Positions 20,701 to 29,803 of a DNA stretch of 64,000 nt are shown here, one piece after another. The DNA comes from Promethearchaeia archaeon (GTDB taxonomy: Archaea; Asgardarchaeota; Lokiarchaeia; Sigyniarchaeales; SOKP01), in the NCBI GenBank assembly GCA_046483985.1, contig JAWOCD010000085.1:8957-72956 (forward strand), read 5' to 3'. The notes under the pieces are model-generated. The model saw only the letters and a list, made by a program, of their open reading frames with translations. It was not told where the DNA came from and searched no databases. How positions within the stretch are numbered: position 1 is the first letter of the stretch; each line of letters begins with the position of its first letter. Position numbers and translations under genes: made by a program.

Positions 20701-21143
20701 TTTTAGCCGATCTTAAAAATTTGGGTCCAAAAGATTTGCCATTTACTACACTAAAAGAGATAATTAAAACTTCAGATGATAAGGTCAAAGCTGCGGGGAC
20801 AAAATTGTTGAAAATCTATAGAGACAAAATTGATCAAGTTTTTATGCTAGCTATTGAATTATTAGATCATGAGAATGAAATTGTAAGAGATAGCATGATG
20901 AATTCGTTGACCGAAATAATTCAAGATATGGGATTGGACCTCCTAATTCCAAAACTTCTCAAGAATCTTAGTGATGAGCACTCACTTACTTTACAACGCT
21001 CCATTGCTCGAATCTTGGGAAGGACTGTAAAATATGAAAATGAGAAACTCAAAAAACGAGTCATTTCGCTCTTGAAAATTCGCTGCGAAATGAGTCAAGA
21101 TCCGGTCATTTGTAAAATTTTAAATGAATTAAGGGAAAGCTAA
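17748..21143 (+). CDS. polytopic membrane protein with large C-terminal HEAT-repeat (PBS-lyase-type) domain
   Basis: The first ~390 aa contain many hydrophobic helices. The C-terminal ~700 aa contain repeated D-x-x-x-x-VR-x-x-A-x-x-x-L motifs (DPSSEVRASVFEVLAKIG, DEDSFIRETAAKTLGNIG, DEEWNVREASVTSLGDL, DEQMWVRRSALNILADL). The ATG at 17748 is preferred over the TTG at 17697. Confidence 0.65.
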   Translation: MFNNTTSIVLFIIFLAAFASGFFLIYRQVALVKKGEFEILDTLQCVLYGFIFSMAIMVVMGMAFIFAVNTQSFWEPTPLNPNPPTPPEINPLWLIFPVFFCLAYLTFYPLIDFLFIALSKESDKGLTIFHRYIGNYIINTTDSKIFSVISAICFYLGVFILPPYLLYLFLDLPLLVIFITWILGYPLMVLTFYGAKGWVAGFSNTIFHIEQRSFFLGFEDPERVMEEAKDFPNVTGPRILMGMMLFVFVWIWISMFQTLSFYFSGDMPISPYSFAGLVFVTLIFGVIGYFTRYWSRQIKYRSIDISFAGYLMACIGINVLANFLIVNANKLESSFNYTIIGLYELVPNYLSLAFAAVIEEVFLVTFICYFLFAKTDFTQNLKYSKINECGQIFDPIPLFNFLRSNDPKIRKQAEETVLLMFERIPLKEDVDLNKNIFKNTLIDGLCDLNPYAQKVSYQILTQLERDVPDLVLPWIIENLESPNYDKSIPFARSLTTADIDLVKKVPPEIIFNLIQDLEWRLKLIGLDILSRLAKVEDEIVLTLLMKKHLLNDLVNDPDGEVQVKILNILADTEVVLPLTSIIDRLDDSNSQIKAAAIRNIKNIKEENLDSQVVSKLIPLMRDPSSEVRASVFEVLAKIGHFQKYFIPNLPFLEGLTDLNKEVRKASIIALERYFDEQPESLDLDMIINRIDPNNEEIVNSALTLLGRLWDKNPEKILTTLLGFIKLENQSLKENISNILVERYESNPDLIIDNLIEIPDVSKFITKGIITKTLIKIGELDPHNVIPKLVSFLNSKNKDTKLNAIRALEELVSNFPDKVKLKPFLVILRQEKNKKIKKEAAKVISKVAQVEPNALKPLVSVILQAMHEQENSVKLVLGKSLLQISQESPEILPVRPIINLYNDEDSFIRETAAKTLGNIGYKAPRECIRALLDKGLKDEEWNVREASVTSLGDLIEYVDNKEMLISSLVKLLSDEQMWVRRSALNILADLKNLGPKDLPFTTLKEIIKTSDDKVKAAGTKLLKIYRDKIDQVFMLAIELLDHENEIVRDSMMNSLTEIIQDMGLDLLIPKLLKNLSDEHSLTLQRSIARILGRTVKYENEKLKKRVISLLKIRCEMSQDPVICKILNELRES

Positions 21144-21298
21144 GATTGGATTATTACTAAATTCTTACCCCTTCTCTCGTTATATATTCTCTTTTATCTA
21201 TCATTTAATAAAATTCTTAATTATTTTTAGTCTAATATCAGAATTTTAAAACCATCCGACAATAATTTTTGTTATAATCTATCTTAAAGTGATAAAAT

Positions 21299-24200
21299 AT
21301 GACGACTCCAAGTTCTAAACCCACGAAGCCTATGAATCCCACCCAAGAATTTGAGGACTTTTTCCGGTATTATTTAGAGAAGCCTGGGGTTTATAAGTAT
21401 CATGAACAGATCAAACGGATTGATTCTAAAGGTGAAAATACCCTTGTGATCTTATATGAAGATCTCTTGAATCATAAATATAAACTTGCAAAAATGTTGG
21501 AAGAAGATCCGGAAAATATGCTGGAACACGCAGTTAAAGCTTTCAAAAATCTTCTTAAGTTTGAATCCGGGGGAAAGTTAAACCATGAACGATATTTTGT
21601 CAGGGTGGCCACCAAAGACGATAAAAGTCCGTTAACGGTTCCAATCCGACAAATGCGCGCCGAAAACATAGATAACTTGGTTTGGTTTAAAGGAATACTG
21701 ATTCGCAGCTCAAAAATTCGTCCAAAATTGACAAAAGCCTCTTTTGAATGCCTCTTATGCGGGACGCAATTCGAAGTGGTGCAGTTAACTTCAAAAATTA
21801 AATGGCCAAAATTCTGTATCAATAAACAATGTAAAGCGAAGGCGCAAAATGATTTTAAATTAATTACAAGAGATTCCGAGTTTATAGATTGGCAGAGTAT
21901 TACCATCCAAGAGATTCCAGAAGACTTACCCGCTGGCCGCATCCCACGCTCGGTCCAAGCAATCCTTACTCATGATCTAGTGGATTATGTCAAACCGGGT
22001 GATCGAGTATCGATAATGGGAATCTATAAATCCGTTATTGCGGGCTCCATTCGAAGCAACAATTCTAATCTGTTTAAAACGTATATCAAGGTTAATTACG
22101 TTGATCCAGAAGATAAAAGCGATTTAGATATTGACATTTCCAAAGACGACAAAAAAGCCATTCAACAACTTTCACAGGAACCGATGGTTCAAAGAAAGAT
22201 CTCACGCTCAATCGCACCTCAAATATTTGGAAGAGAGCAACTTAAAATGGCTTGCGCATTAAGTTTGTTTGGAGGTACCAAGAAAAAAAAACCAGGAGGG
22301 GGGTGGAAACGGGGGGATATTCATGTATTATTCGTTGGTGACCCAGGAACCGGAAAGAGTGAAATCATTAAATCGGCAGTCGAAGTTTCACCACGGGGGT
22401 TATATACCTCTGGAAAAGGAGCTTCCGCAGTAGGTCTGACCGCTGCAGTTATCAAAGATGCGGATACGGGACAGATGAATTTGGAGGCCGGCGCCATTGT
22501 ATTAGCTAACGGAGGAGTTGCAGCTATTGACGAGTTTGATAAAATGGATAAAGCAGACAGGTCCGCGCTCCATGAGGCGATGGAACAACAGTCCTATCAT
22601 TACGACACGGAAATATTAGATGTGAACGGGAAAAAAATCAAAATCGGGAAATATGTTGATGATTTGTTGGAAAACAATGCTGACGATGTAGTTAAAGGCG
22701 TTAATTGTGAAATCCTCCCTCATGAAGATATAGGCCTTTATACAACAGATTTTCAAAAAATTTATAAAACTAAGATACACCGTGTGAGTCGCCATAAATC
22801 TCCAGATAGATTTTACCAAATCAAATTTTCAAACGGAAGAACTATCAAGGTTACCCCTGAACATCCTATTTTCGTATTTAGAAATGGAAAACTTGCCACA
22901 GTAGATGCTAAGGATTGTAAAGTAAATGATTTTATCCCAATTCCTGAATATCTTCCAAATTCATCTCAGCCGATCATGCTAGGTTCTACTCGTTTTAAAC
23001 CGCGCCCTACCGCTGAGGAAATCGTATTTCCCGAGGTATTGACTCCTAATTTAGCCCGTATATTGGGTTATCTTATTGCCGAGGGGCATTCTTATGTTGG
23101 CTCATCAACAGAAATAGGATTTACCACTAGGGATGAGAAATTACTGGATGAGTTTTACAACCTAATGGAACAAGTTTTCCAAATCTTGCCGAACATTAAT
23201 CGACGAGATGATGGTAGATGTACTTTGAGATATACCTCTGTAGAGTTATATAAATGGTTTAAACTCAATTTCCCCGAAATAATGGTTAAATCGATTCATA
23301 AAAGGATTCCTAAAAAAATTATGGGCGCATCGAAGGAAATTGCTGAAGAATTCATAAAGACTTCATTTAAAGGGGATGGAAGTGTTGAATCAACATCTAT
23401 CTGCTATAAAACGGCATGTAAAGGATTTTCCGAGGATTATCAAGACTTATTACTAAAATTAGGAATTCAATCTCGCATTATAGTTGATTCTAATAATGAT
23501 TCATTCAATGTTTATATAAGAGGACAATCTCTAATTGATTTTTTTCATATAATAGTGGAAAAAGACGATAGGCGATACAAACAAATCAAGAACATAATTA
23601 AACTCAACAAAACAGAAACTAATCACCATGATATCTTTCCCACCTCAATTATTGAGGAAATACTACAAATTAAAAAAGCACTTTCAATGAAGATTACAAG
23701 ACCTTATTGGCGATACTCAAAAAAAGGAGAGGGAATCACTCGTAATAACTTAATTAAACAGATCCGCAAGATAGAATCCCGGATCGGGAAAATCAAAGAT
23801 TATATTGGTAAGGAAAAAACCATAAAGGCTATTAAAAAGTCGGGCTTTTCCCAGCAAAAAATATCTGAAATAGCCTCGGTAACCCGTTCTAATATCGATT
23901 ACTATGGAAAAGGAGGTTACGATAAATTTAAAGGAAATGAACTGAACCGAAAGGTGGTATTTTCCGTATTAGACCATTTTGAGGATTTAGAAAAGCGAAT
24001 TCAGAGAATAAAAAACTTGGTAAGTTCGGAAATATTATGGGATAGGATAAAAAGTATAAAAGTAATAAAAAATAAAGGAGAGAATTATAGACCCTACGTT
24101 TACGACCTCACTGTAGAGCCCACTCACACATTCATCAGTAACGGATTAGTTCTGCATAATACAGTTAGCATAGCCAAGGCGGGCATTGTAGCCACTTTAA

Positions 24201-24997
24201 AAGCGGAAACTGCGGTGGTGGCGGCAGCAAACCCTCATTTTGGGAGATATGACAGTTATAAGACTCCCACGCAAAATATCAGGATGCCACCTTCCTTGCT
24301 CTCCAGATTTGATTTGATCTTTGTGGTAAAGGATAAACCTGATAAGTCCTACGATGCCCAACTTGCTGAATTTATCTTAAAAAATGCAATGGGAAAATTT
24401 GGAGAAGATGAAGATGGTAAAGGAAAAAGCGAGTCACCAATCCAACATGAGCTCTTGAAGAAGTATATTAAGCATGCAAGGCGTAATTGCAAACCGATTC
24501 TGACTCATGATGCAAAGGAACGGATAAAAGAGTATTATTTGGATCTTCGGGGAAAATCTGACAGCGAAGAGGCGATTATTTCGATTTTAGCCAGAAATCT
24601 TGATGCGCTTATCCGGATGAGCGAAGCATATGCCAAAATGGCGTTGAGAGAAAAAGTTCTTGAGGATGATGTGAAGGAAGTGATTAAACTGTTTGATAGG
24701 TTTCTCACAGATACAGGATATGACGAGGCGACAGGTAAGATAGATGTAGATAGGATTGTTGCGGGCGAATCGCGAAGTAAATTAAATAAGCTTGAAAATC
24801 TATTAGATCGGATGAAGGAAATGTTTTCGGAGAATAATTGGCAAGAACTTCAAAGGAAAGATATCATTCAAAGCTTAGAATTAGAGGAGGATTTGGATAA
24901 GAAATTTGTCCAAGATGCACTTGAAAATTTGATAAGAGACGGAGATATTTATGAGCCTAAGCCCGGCTATATCAAGTTTACAAGAAAACAAACGTAA
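21299..24997 (+). CDS. mcm: MCM replicative helicase (intein-containing precursor)
   Basis: Zn motif CLLCG...CINKQC, Walker A GDPGTGKSE, Walker B AAIDEFDKM, split HEAMEQQ / TVSIAKAGI motif, arginine finger region SLLSRFDL and a C-terminal winged-helix-like end. The extein total is about 709 aa. Confidence 0.9.
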   Translation: MTTPSSKPTKPMNPTQEFEDFFRYYLEKPGVYKYHEQIKRIDSKGENTLVILYEDLLNHKYKLAKMLEEDPENMLEHAVKAFKNLLKFESGGKLNHERYFVRVATKDDKSPLTVPIRQMRAENIDNLVWFKGILIRSSKIRPKLTKASFECLLCGTQFEVVQLTSKIKWPKFCINKQCKAKAQNDFKLITRDSEFIDWQSITIQEIPEDLPAGRIPRSVQAILTHDLVDYVKPGDRVSIMGIYKSVIAGSIRSNNSNLFKTYIKVNYVDPEDKSDLDIDISKDDKKAIQQLSQEPMVQRKISRSIAPQIFGREQLKMACALSLFGGTKKKKPGGGWKRGDIHVLFVGDPGTGKSEIIKSAVEVSPRGLYTSGKGASAVGLTAAVIKDADTGQMNLEAGAIVLANGGVAAIDEFDKMDKADRSALHEAMEQQSYHYDTEILDVNGKKIKIGKYVDDLLENNADDVVKGVNCEILPHEDIGLYTTDFQKIYKTKIHRVSRHKSPDRFYQIKFSNGRTIKVTPEHPIFVFRNGKLATVDAKDCKVNDFIPIPEYLPNSSQPIMLGSTRFKPRPTAEEIVFPEVLTPNLARILGYLIAEGHSYVGSSTEIGFTTRDEKLLDEFYNLMEQVFQILPNINRRDDGRCTLRYTSVELYKWFKLNFPEIMVKSIHKRIPKKIMGASKEIAEEFIKTSFKGDGSVESTSICYKTACKGFSEDYQDLLLKLGIQSRIIVDSNNDSFNVYIRGQSLIDFFHIIVEKDDRRYKQIKNIIKLNKTETNHHDIFPTSIIEEILQIKKALSMKITRPYWRYSKKGEGITRNNLIKQIRKIESRIGKIKDYIGKEKTIKAIKKSGFSQQKISEIASVTRSNIDYYGKGGYDKFKGNELNRKVVFSVLDHFEDLEKRIQRIKNLVSSEILWDRIKSIKVIKNKGENYRPYVYDLTVEPTHTFISNGLVLHNTVSIAKAGIVATLKAETAVVAAANPHFGRYDSYKTPTQNIRMPPSLLSRFDLIFVVKDKPDKSYDAQLAEFILKNAMGKFGEDEDGKGKSESPIQHELLKKYIKHARRNCKPILTHDAKERIKEYYLDLRGKSDSEEAIISILARNLDALIRMSEAYAKMALREKVLEDDVKEVIKLFDRFLTDTGYDEATGKIDVDRIVAGESRSKLNKLENLLDRMKEMFSENNWQELQRKDIIQSLELEEDLDKKFVQDALENLIRDGDIYEPKPGYIKFTRKQT
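22592..24160 (+). mobile_element. intein (523 aa) with LAGLIDADG homing-endonuclease domain inside mcm
   Basis: The insert begins SYHYDTEILD right after HEAMEQQ and ends NGLVLHN, followed by TVSIAKAG (Ser1, His-Asn terminus, Thr+1). Block B is KVTPEHPIF. The LAGLIDADG motifs are LARILGYLIAEGHS and FIKTSFKGDGSV. Confidence 0.85.
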
Positions 24998-25070
24998 TCT
25001 CTTTCATTTTAAAAGTATATATTTCATAAAAACAAGATTCAAATTCCTTCTTATTTTAGTTTCTGTAGAG

Positions 25071-25640
25071 ATGAATATTTTAATTCAAAATTTAAAAGAT
25101 GCTATTGTTGGTGAAACTAAAGCAAATCTGAAATACAATCTATTTGCAGAGCGGGCTCGACAAGAAAACCTTCCCGAAGTTGCAGAATTGTTCAAAGCAG
25201 TCGCATTTGCCGAAACGATTCATATTAAAAACCATACAAGGGCTTTATCAGTGCTGACCGATTCTGAAGTAGAAACTTCGGAGTTTGTACATATTGACGA
25301 TGAGCAAATAAGAGAGCAAGTAAAAAGTACCAAAGAGAATCTTGAAAACGCAATTGACGGAGAAATCTACGAGACAAAAACAATGTATAAAAATTATGTA
25401 AAAAATGCCGATGATCAGAATGAAATTACCGTGAGATTGTCGTTTTCTCTGGCCAGAGAAGCGGAAAAGATTCATGCAAAATTATACAAGAAATATCTAA
25501 AAAGGGTAGAAAAAGGAAAACCGATTGAGGGGAGAGATATCTATGTATGTAAAATCTGCGGAAACGTTGAATTTGATGAAGCAACAGAGAATTGTCCGCT
25601 CTGTGATCACAGTCAACAATTTTTTGAAAAGGTCTCTTAG
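25071..25640 (+). CDS. rbr: rubrerythrin
   Basis: Ferritin-like diiron helices (GETKANLKYNLFAERARQ, AFAETIHIKNH, GEIYETKTMY, REAEKIHAKLY) plus a C-terminal rubredoxin-like CKICG...CPLCDH. The ORF-track start at 24951 overlaps mcm and is probably spurious. Confidence 0.85.
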   Translation: MNILIQNLKDAIVGETKANLKYNLFAERARQENLPEVAELFKAVAFAETIHIKNHTRALSVLTDSEVETSEFVHIDDEQIREQVKSTKENLENAIDGEIYETKTMYKNYVKNADDQNEITVRLSFSLAREAEKIHAKLYKKYLKRVEKGKPIEGRDIYVCKICGNVEFDEATENCPLCDHSQQFFEKVS

Positions 25641-26073
25641 GATTTCTTCCATCTTGAAAGATTCAAATCCATTTGCATTGAGTAATACCGGCATCTTTTA
25701 AAAATCCGATCCTGCTCCAGTGATCTATTAACTGGTTTATAAATCGTTCTGGAGGGATTTTCACCAATTCATAGTCCTGTGTAAGATTTTTTATGGTTCT
25801 AATCAGAGAAGCTACCATACAAAAGAATTTAAGGGGGCCAAGTATTAAACATTTTAGTGAGGAGGCTTTTTATATTTTTGTAAAAAAAATTTGGTTATCC
25901 GACCTCACGAAAAATTTAGGGATGGGTATAAACATTATTTTAATGAAAAATTGCTGAGTATCTTTACTTCTCGGGCTTATTCTAAACGAGTTTCAACGGT
26001 TCTTGGTAAACTTGAGAAGGACGGATCGGTTGACATCTTAAAAATATAATAGGAAAAATAAAAACACAGATTT

Positions 26074-26778
26074 TTAAGGTTCTAAATAGACCCCGATAAA
26101 ATAGGACGCTAGAAACGCAATTAATCCAACAATTATCATTTCAATTCCGGATTTGATTGGAGGTTCTCCCGTAATTTTACTTTTCAACGACCCGGCGATA
26201 AAAAGCACGGAAAAAGATATCACAGACGATAAGATTAATGAAATTAAGCCTAAATCCAAAAGATAAGGAAAAATCGAAATAAACGCTCCTAATATAAACG
26301 CGAAGAAAGTTAAAATTGCCCCTCTTGCCGGACTTTCGGGTTCCTCTAACCCTAATTCGCTGCTAATGAGAAAATCTTGCCAAGTTTCTTTGTCCGAAGT
26401 AATTTCCTCAACGGAAGACTCCAGAAGCTCCCCCTCAAACCCCATATCTTTAAAGATTTCCCGAACTTCCATCTTCTCTTCTTCTGGAAGCAATTCAATT
26501 TCTGCTCTCTCTCTTTCCATTTCATTTTGGATATATTTGGCCTCAGATTTACTGGATATGTATTCCCCAAGTCCCATACTAAATGCGCCGGAAACCATAG
26601 CGGCAAGACCCGTCAAGACCACGTAAAAATTATCTCCAGTGGAAAGATATGTTGCAGTAGCAACTCCGATTAATAATGTAAACACAGAAATTAAGCCGTC
26701 GTTGAGCCCTAATATGATACTCCGTATTTTCCCTCCCCCAGCAATATGTTCCTCGGAAAATTTCTCTTTGAAAGCCAT
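26074..26778 (-). CDS. VIT1/CCC1-family iron/manganese transporter
   Basis: GLNDGLISVFTLLIGVA and MGLGEYISSKSE motifs, an acidic cytoplasmic helix region and C-terminal TM helices. Confidence 0.8.
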   Translation of the reverse strand: MAFKEKFSEEHIAGGGKIRSIILGLNDGLISVFTLLIGVATATYLSTGDNFYVVLTGLAAMVSGAFSMGLGEYISSKSEAKYIQNEMERERAEIELLPEEEKMEVREIFKDMGFEGELLESSVEEITSDKETWQDFLISSELGLEEPESPARGAILTFFAFILGAFISIFPYLLDLGLISLILSSVISFSVLFIAGSLKSKITGEPPIKSGIEMIIVGLIAFLASYFIGVYLEP

Positions 26779-26813
26779 AATTATATTAAAATTTCATAGC
26801 ACTAAAAAATTAT

Positions 26814-28682
26814 TTAATGTAAAAAATTATCTAAATCTAATTCTTTAAGTTTTGAATTATTTGGTTTTCCCGTTTCGGGGTTCCAATCTCTTATATCGTA
26901 ATAATAACGTTTTAATTTCCGAAAATTAGGTGATTTTCCTCTCACCACCCCTTCATGTAACTCTTTTAAAAGAATTTCAGGGAGTCGATCATTTGACGGC
27001 GTTAACCCCATTTTAATATTAAACAAGCGTTTCATGGTAAATATCCGTTCACCTAGTACTTTTATGCCTTCCACATCGATATCAAAACCTAATAACGAGT
27101 TAATCATTTCAGCCATATAGGAGGGGGGCGGGTTCGAGAAAATACATGCAATTAAGCTGGAATACAATGCTCTATAATCTTGAAGCAAGGTGGTTGCTTT
27201 TGCCATTTCCTTACTGCTGGAATGCATATCTATTTTTTTAATCTTAAGCTCGGAAAAATCAATTTCGTTGGTTTTTCTAGACGCTTTATATACATCTGCT
27301 GTGGTGTGACATGCTCCGCGATGGCTAAATGCATACGTTAAAGCCATTCCAAAGCAAGATCGCGGATCGTGATAAGGCACTTCCAGTTGATTGACCGTTG
27401 CGATTTCTTCTGGACTGATACCGAATTTTTTCCCAACCGCGTTAGATCCTTCAGCTAGTAAATCTCCAATCCCCTCTCGATGGGCGATTTTCTCGATCAA
27501 AGTTAGCATCGCCTTGTAGTTCCCCCACTCTAACTCTAACCCTTCAACCTCATTTTTATCAATTTTACCTTCATTATAGAGCTTAAACATTAATGCGATT
27601 GTACCACTGGTACTGATTGTATCTAGACCGTACTTATTGCATATATCATTGGCAACAGCGATTGAATCCAAATTATTGTTGAGAATCATTGAACCAAACC
27701 CAGCGATAGTTTCATACTCTGGTCCCTCTACTTCTTTAGCCCTATATTTATCACTCTCGATATTGACGATTCTTCCGCATCCGATGGGACATCCGTAACA
27801 AGCTTTGGCCTTCAAGAATAAATCCTCTTTATATTCTTCTGCTGAAATATCCATGACGTCTTCCCACTTTCCCTTAGACCAATATTTAATCGGCAAATCT
27901 CCCACCGCATATGCGCCTAAAACTCCAGAGCTTGTCCCATATGAGCGCATAATCTGAGTAGTATCAGTATCCAATATGAATTTCAGTGTTTTTTTAACAC
28001 TCTCATCGAACTTTTCAGGATGGGCAATTTTCGGTTTTGAATCCTTTCCTCGTACTACGATTCCTTTGAGGTTTTTTGATCCTAAAACTGCCCCCATTCC
28101 CGTCCTTCCAGCAGATCTTCCCTCTGCGTTGATATTTGCATATTTAACTAAATTTTCGCCCGCTTGACCAATGCATAACACTTTAGCGTGATCATCATTT
28201 ACCCTTTCCTTCAAAATCTTGCGGGTCTCTTTAATATTTTTTCCCCAAAGGCTTTTATCTGTTACAATTTTGATATTTGTATCTTCAATCTTTATATATA
28301 CTGGGTCCTCTGCTTTTCCCTTTATCAGTATTCCATCAAAGCCAGCTTTCCTTAATTCTGGACCGAAAGTCCCCCCACAATTAGCTTCCCCCCACAATTG
28401 AGTATATGGCGATTTGGCACAAATGACAAACCTCCCGAAGCATGGGGCTTTTGTGGCAGAAAATGGTCCGTTCATAATCATCATGATATTATCTCGCCCT
28501 AAGGCATCAGTATCCTTCCCTATATATTCATATAAATATCTACACACAAATCCAGCACCGCCCATAAACTTCTTTGCATATTTCTTATTTAAGGCTGTTA
28601 CGGAAGCCTTAAGATCGGTAAGATCGACCTCGATCAGCTTCCCAGAAAAGCCATAGTATTTGTTTTTCACGCTTTCTTTCAT
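26814..28682 (-). CDS. aor: aldehyde:ferredoxin oxidoreductase (tungstopterin AOR family)
   Basis: 622 aa. N-terminal GKLIEVDLT...GGAGFVCRYLY, cluster motif CYGCPIGCGR, and the overall AOR layout. Confidence 0.9.
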   Translation of the reverse strand: MKESVKNKYYGFSGKLIEVDLTDLKASVTALNKKYAKKFMGGAGFVCRYLYEYIGKDTDALGRDNIMMIMNGPFSATKAPCFGRFVICAKSPYTQLWGEANCGGTFGPELRKAGFDGILIKGKAEDPVYIKIEDTNIKIVTDKSLWGKNIKETRKILKERVNDDHAKVLCIGQAGENLVKYANINAEGRSAGRTGMGAVLGSKNLKGIVVRGKDSKPKIAHPEKFDESVKKTLKFILDTDTTQIMRSYGTSSGVLGAYAVGDLPIKYWSKGKWEDVMDISAEEYKEDLFLKAKACYGCPIGCGRIVNIESDKYRAKEVEGPEYETIAGFGSMILNNNLDSIAVANDICNKYGLDTISTSGTIALMFKLYNEGKIDKNEVEGLELEWGNYKAMLTLIEKIAHREGIGDLLAEGSNAVGKKFGISPEEIATVNQLEVPYHDPRSCFGMALTYAFSHRGACHTTADVYKASRKTNEIDFSELKIKKIDMHSSSKEMAKATTLLQDYRALYSSLIACIFSNPPPSYMAEMINSLLGFDIDVEGIKVLGERIFTMKRLFNIKMGLTPSNDRLPEILLKELHEGVVRGKSPNFRKLKRYYYDIRDWNPETGKPNNSKLKELDLDNFLH

Positions 28683-28810
28683 CTTTACCCAAAAATTATT
28701 ATCCTAAATTTATCTACAAATCAAATATAGTATGTAGGTAAAAATTATAATAACAATAAATTTTATCATTATTCAACCATAAAAAAGTAAAAATATGATT
28801 TTAAAAAATA

Positions 28811-29803
28811 GTGAAAAGGATGAGAGCGGCAGTTTTTGAGGATGTTCGAAAAATTTCCTATGAAGAAGATTATCCCAAGCCAGAAATCACTCCCGACCAA
28901 GTGTTGGTCAAGGTCGCTTATTGTGCTATCTGTGGCACTGATGTGACTAATTATAAAAAGAAATTATATCAAACTCCAGTGGTGATGGGTCATGAATTTT
29001 CAGGTACCATTGATAAGATAGGAAAAAATGTGCAAGGATTTCAAGTAGGGGATAAAGTCGTGGGTATTAATGTTTTATTGGAGATTGGGCGTTCAGATTC
29101 TGGAGGGATGGGCATTTTCAAAGATGGAGGGTTTGCAGAATATGTGGCGGTTCATAAAAACGATTTGTTTCATGTTCCCTCGCCCAATTCGCTAAAAGAG
29201 TGTTCCATGATAGAATCATTTGCTGTCTCCGTCCGGGCATTCAAACGATGTAATATGTCTAAACATCAGAAGATTGTAATTATAGGCGGTGGAAATATAG
29301 GGCTAGGGGCACTTAATATTCTAAAGAACCAATATGATCCGGAATATGCAGTGGTGGTTGAAATCTATGAACCTTTAAGAAAAAAAGCGAAAGAATTGGG
29401 TGCAGATGATACTCTTCCTCCCAGCAAGGCGAAATTAAGGAGATATTTCAGAAAAAACGGAGAACCCGATTATATCCTTGATTGTGCGGGAAACGACAAG
29501 ACATTCGATCTGGCTATTAATACGATAAAAAGGGGGGGAACGATTGTGTTAGAAGGAATCTATAAAGGCAATGTCGAATTCCCTCTATTTTTAATGAATA
29601 ATAAGGAAATCACGCTTATTGGCACTTTATCTCATGACCGAGAAGACGTACAAGATACAATTGATCTCTTTACTAGTGGAAATGTTCAACCTGCCAAATT
29701 AATCTCTGATGTTATTCCTTTATCCGAAATACAAGAAGAAGGGTTCGAGCGCTATATGACTGATCAAGAAAGAGATTTTATCAAAATATTAGTGGAAATC
29801 TAA
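28811..29803 (+). CDS. zinc-dependent medium-chain alcohol/polyol dehydrogenase
   Basis: CAICGTDV and GHEFSGTI zinc-ligand motifs and a Rossmann IIGGGNIG. The start is GTG at 28811 or ATG at 28820. Confidence 0.8.
   Translation: MKRMRAAVFEDVRKISYEEDYPKPEITPDQVLVKVAYCAICGTDVTNYKKKLYQTPVVMGHEFSGTIDKIGKNVQGFQVGDKVVGINVLLEIGRSDSGGMGIFKDGGFAEYVAVHKNDLFHVPSPNSLKECSMIESFAVSVRAFKRCNMSKHQKIVIIGGGNIGLGALNILKNQYDPEYAVVVEIYEPLRKKAKELGADDTLPPSKAKLRRYFRKNGEPDYILDCAGNDKTFDLAINTIKRGGTIVLEGIYKGNVEFPLFLMNNKEITLIGTLSHDREDVQDTIDLFTSGNVQPAKLISDVIPLSEIQEEGFERYMTDQERDFIKILVEI

Noticed and set aside
24951-25070. N-terminal extension of the rubrerythrin ORF that overlaps the end of mcm.
   Set aside because: The extension (MSLSPAISSLQENKRNLFHFKSIYF...) has no rubrerythrin similarity. 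The conserved protein begins at the internal Met at 25071.
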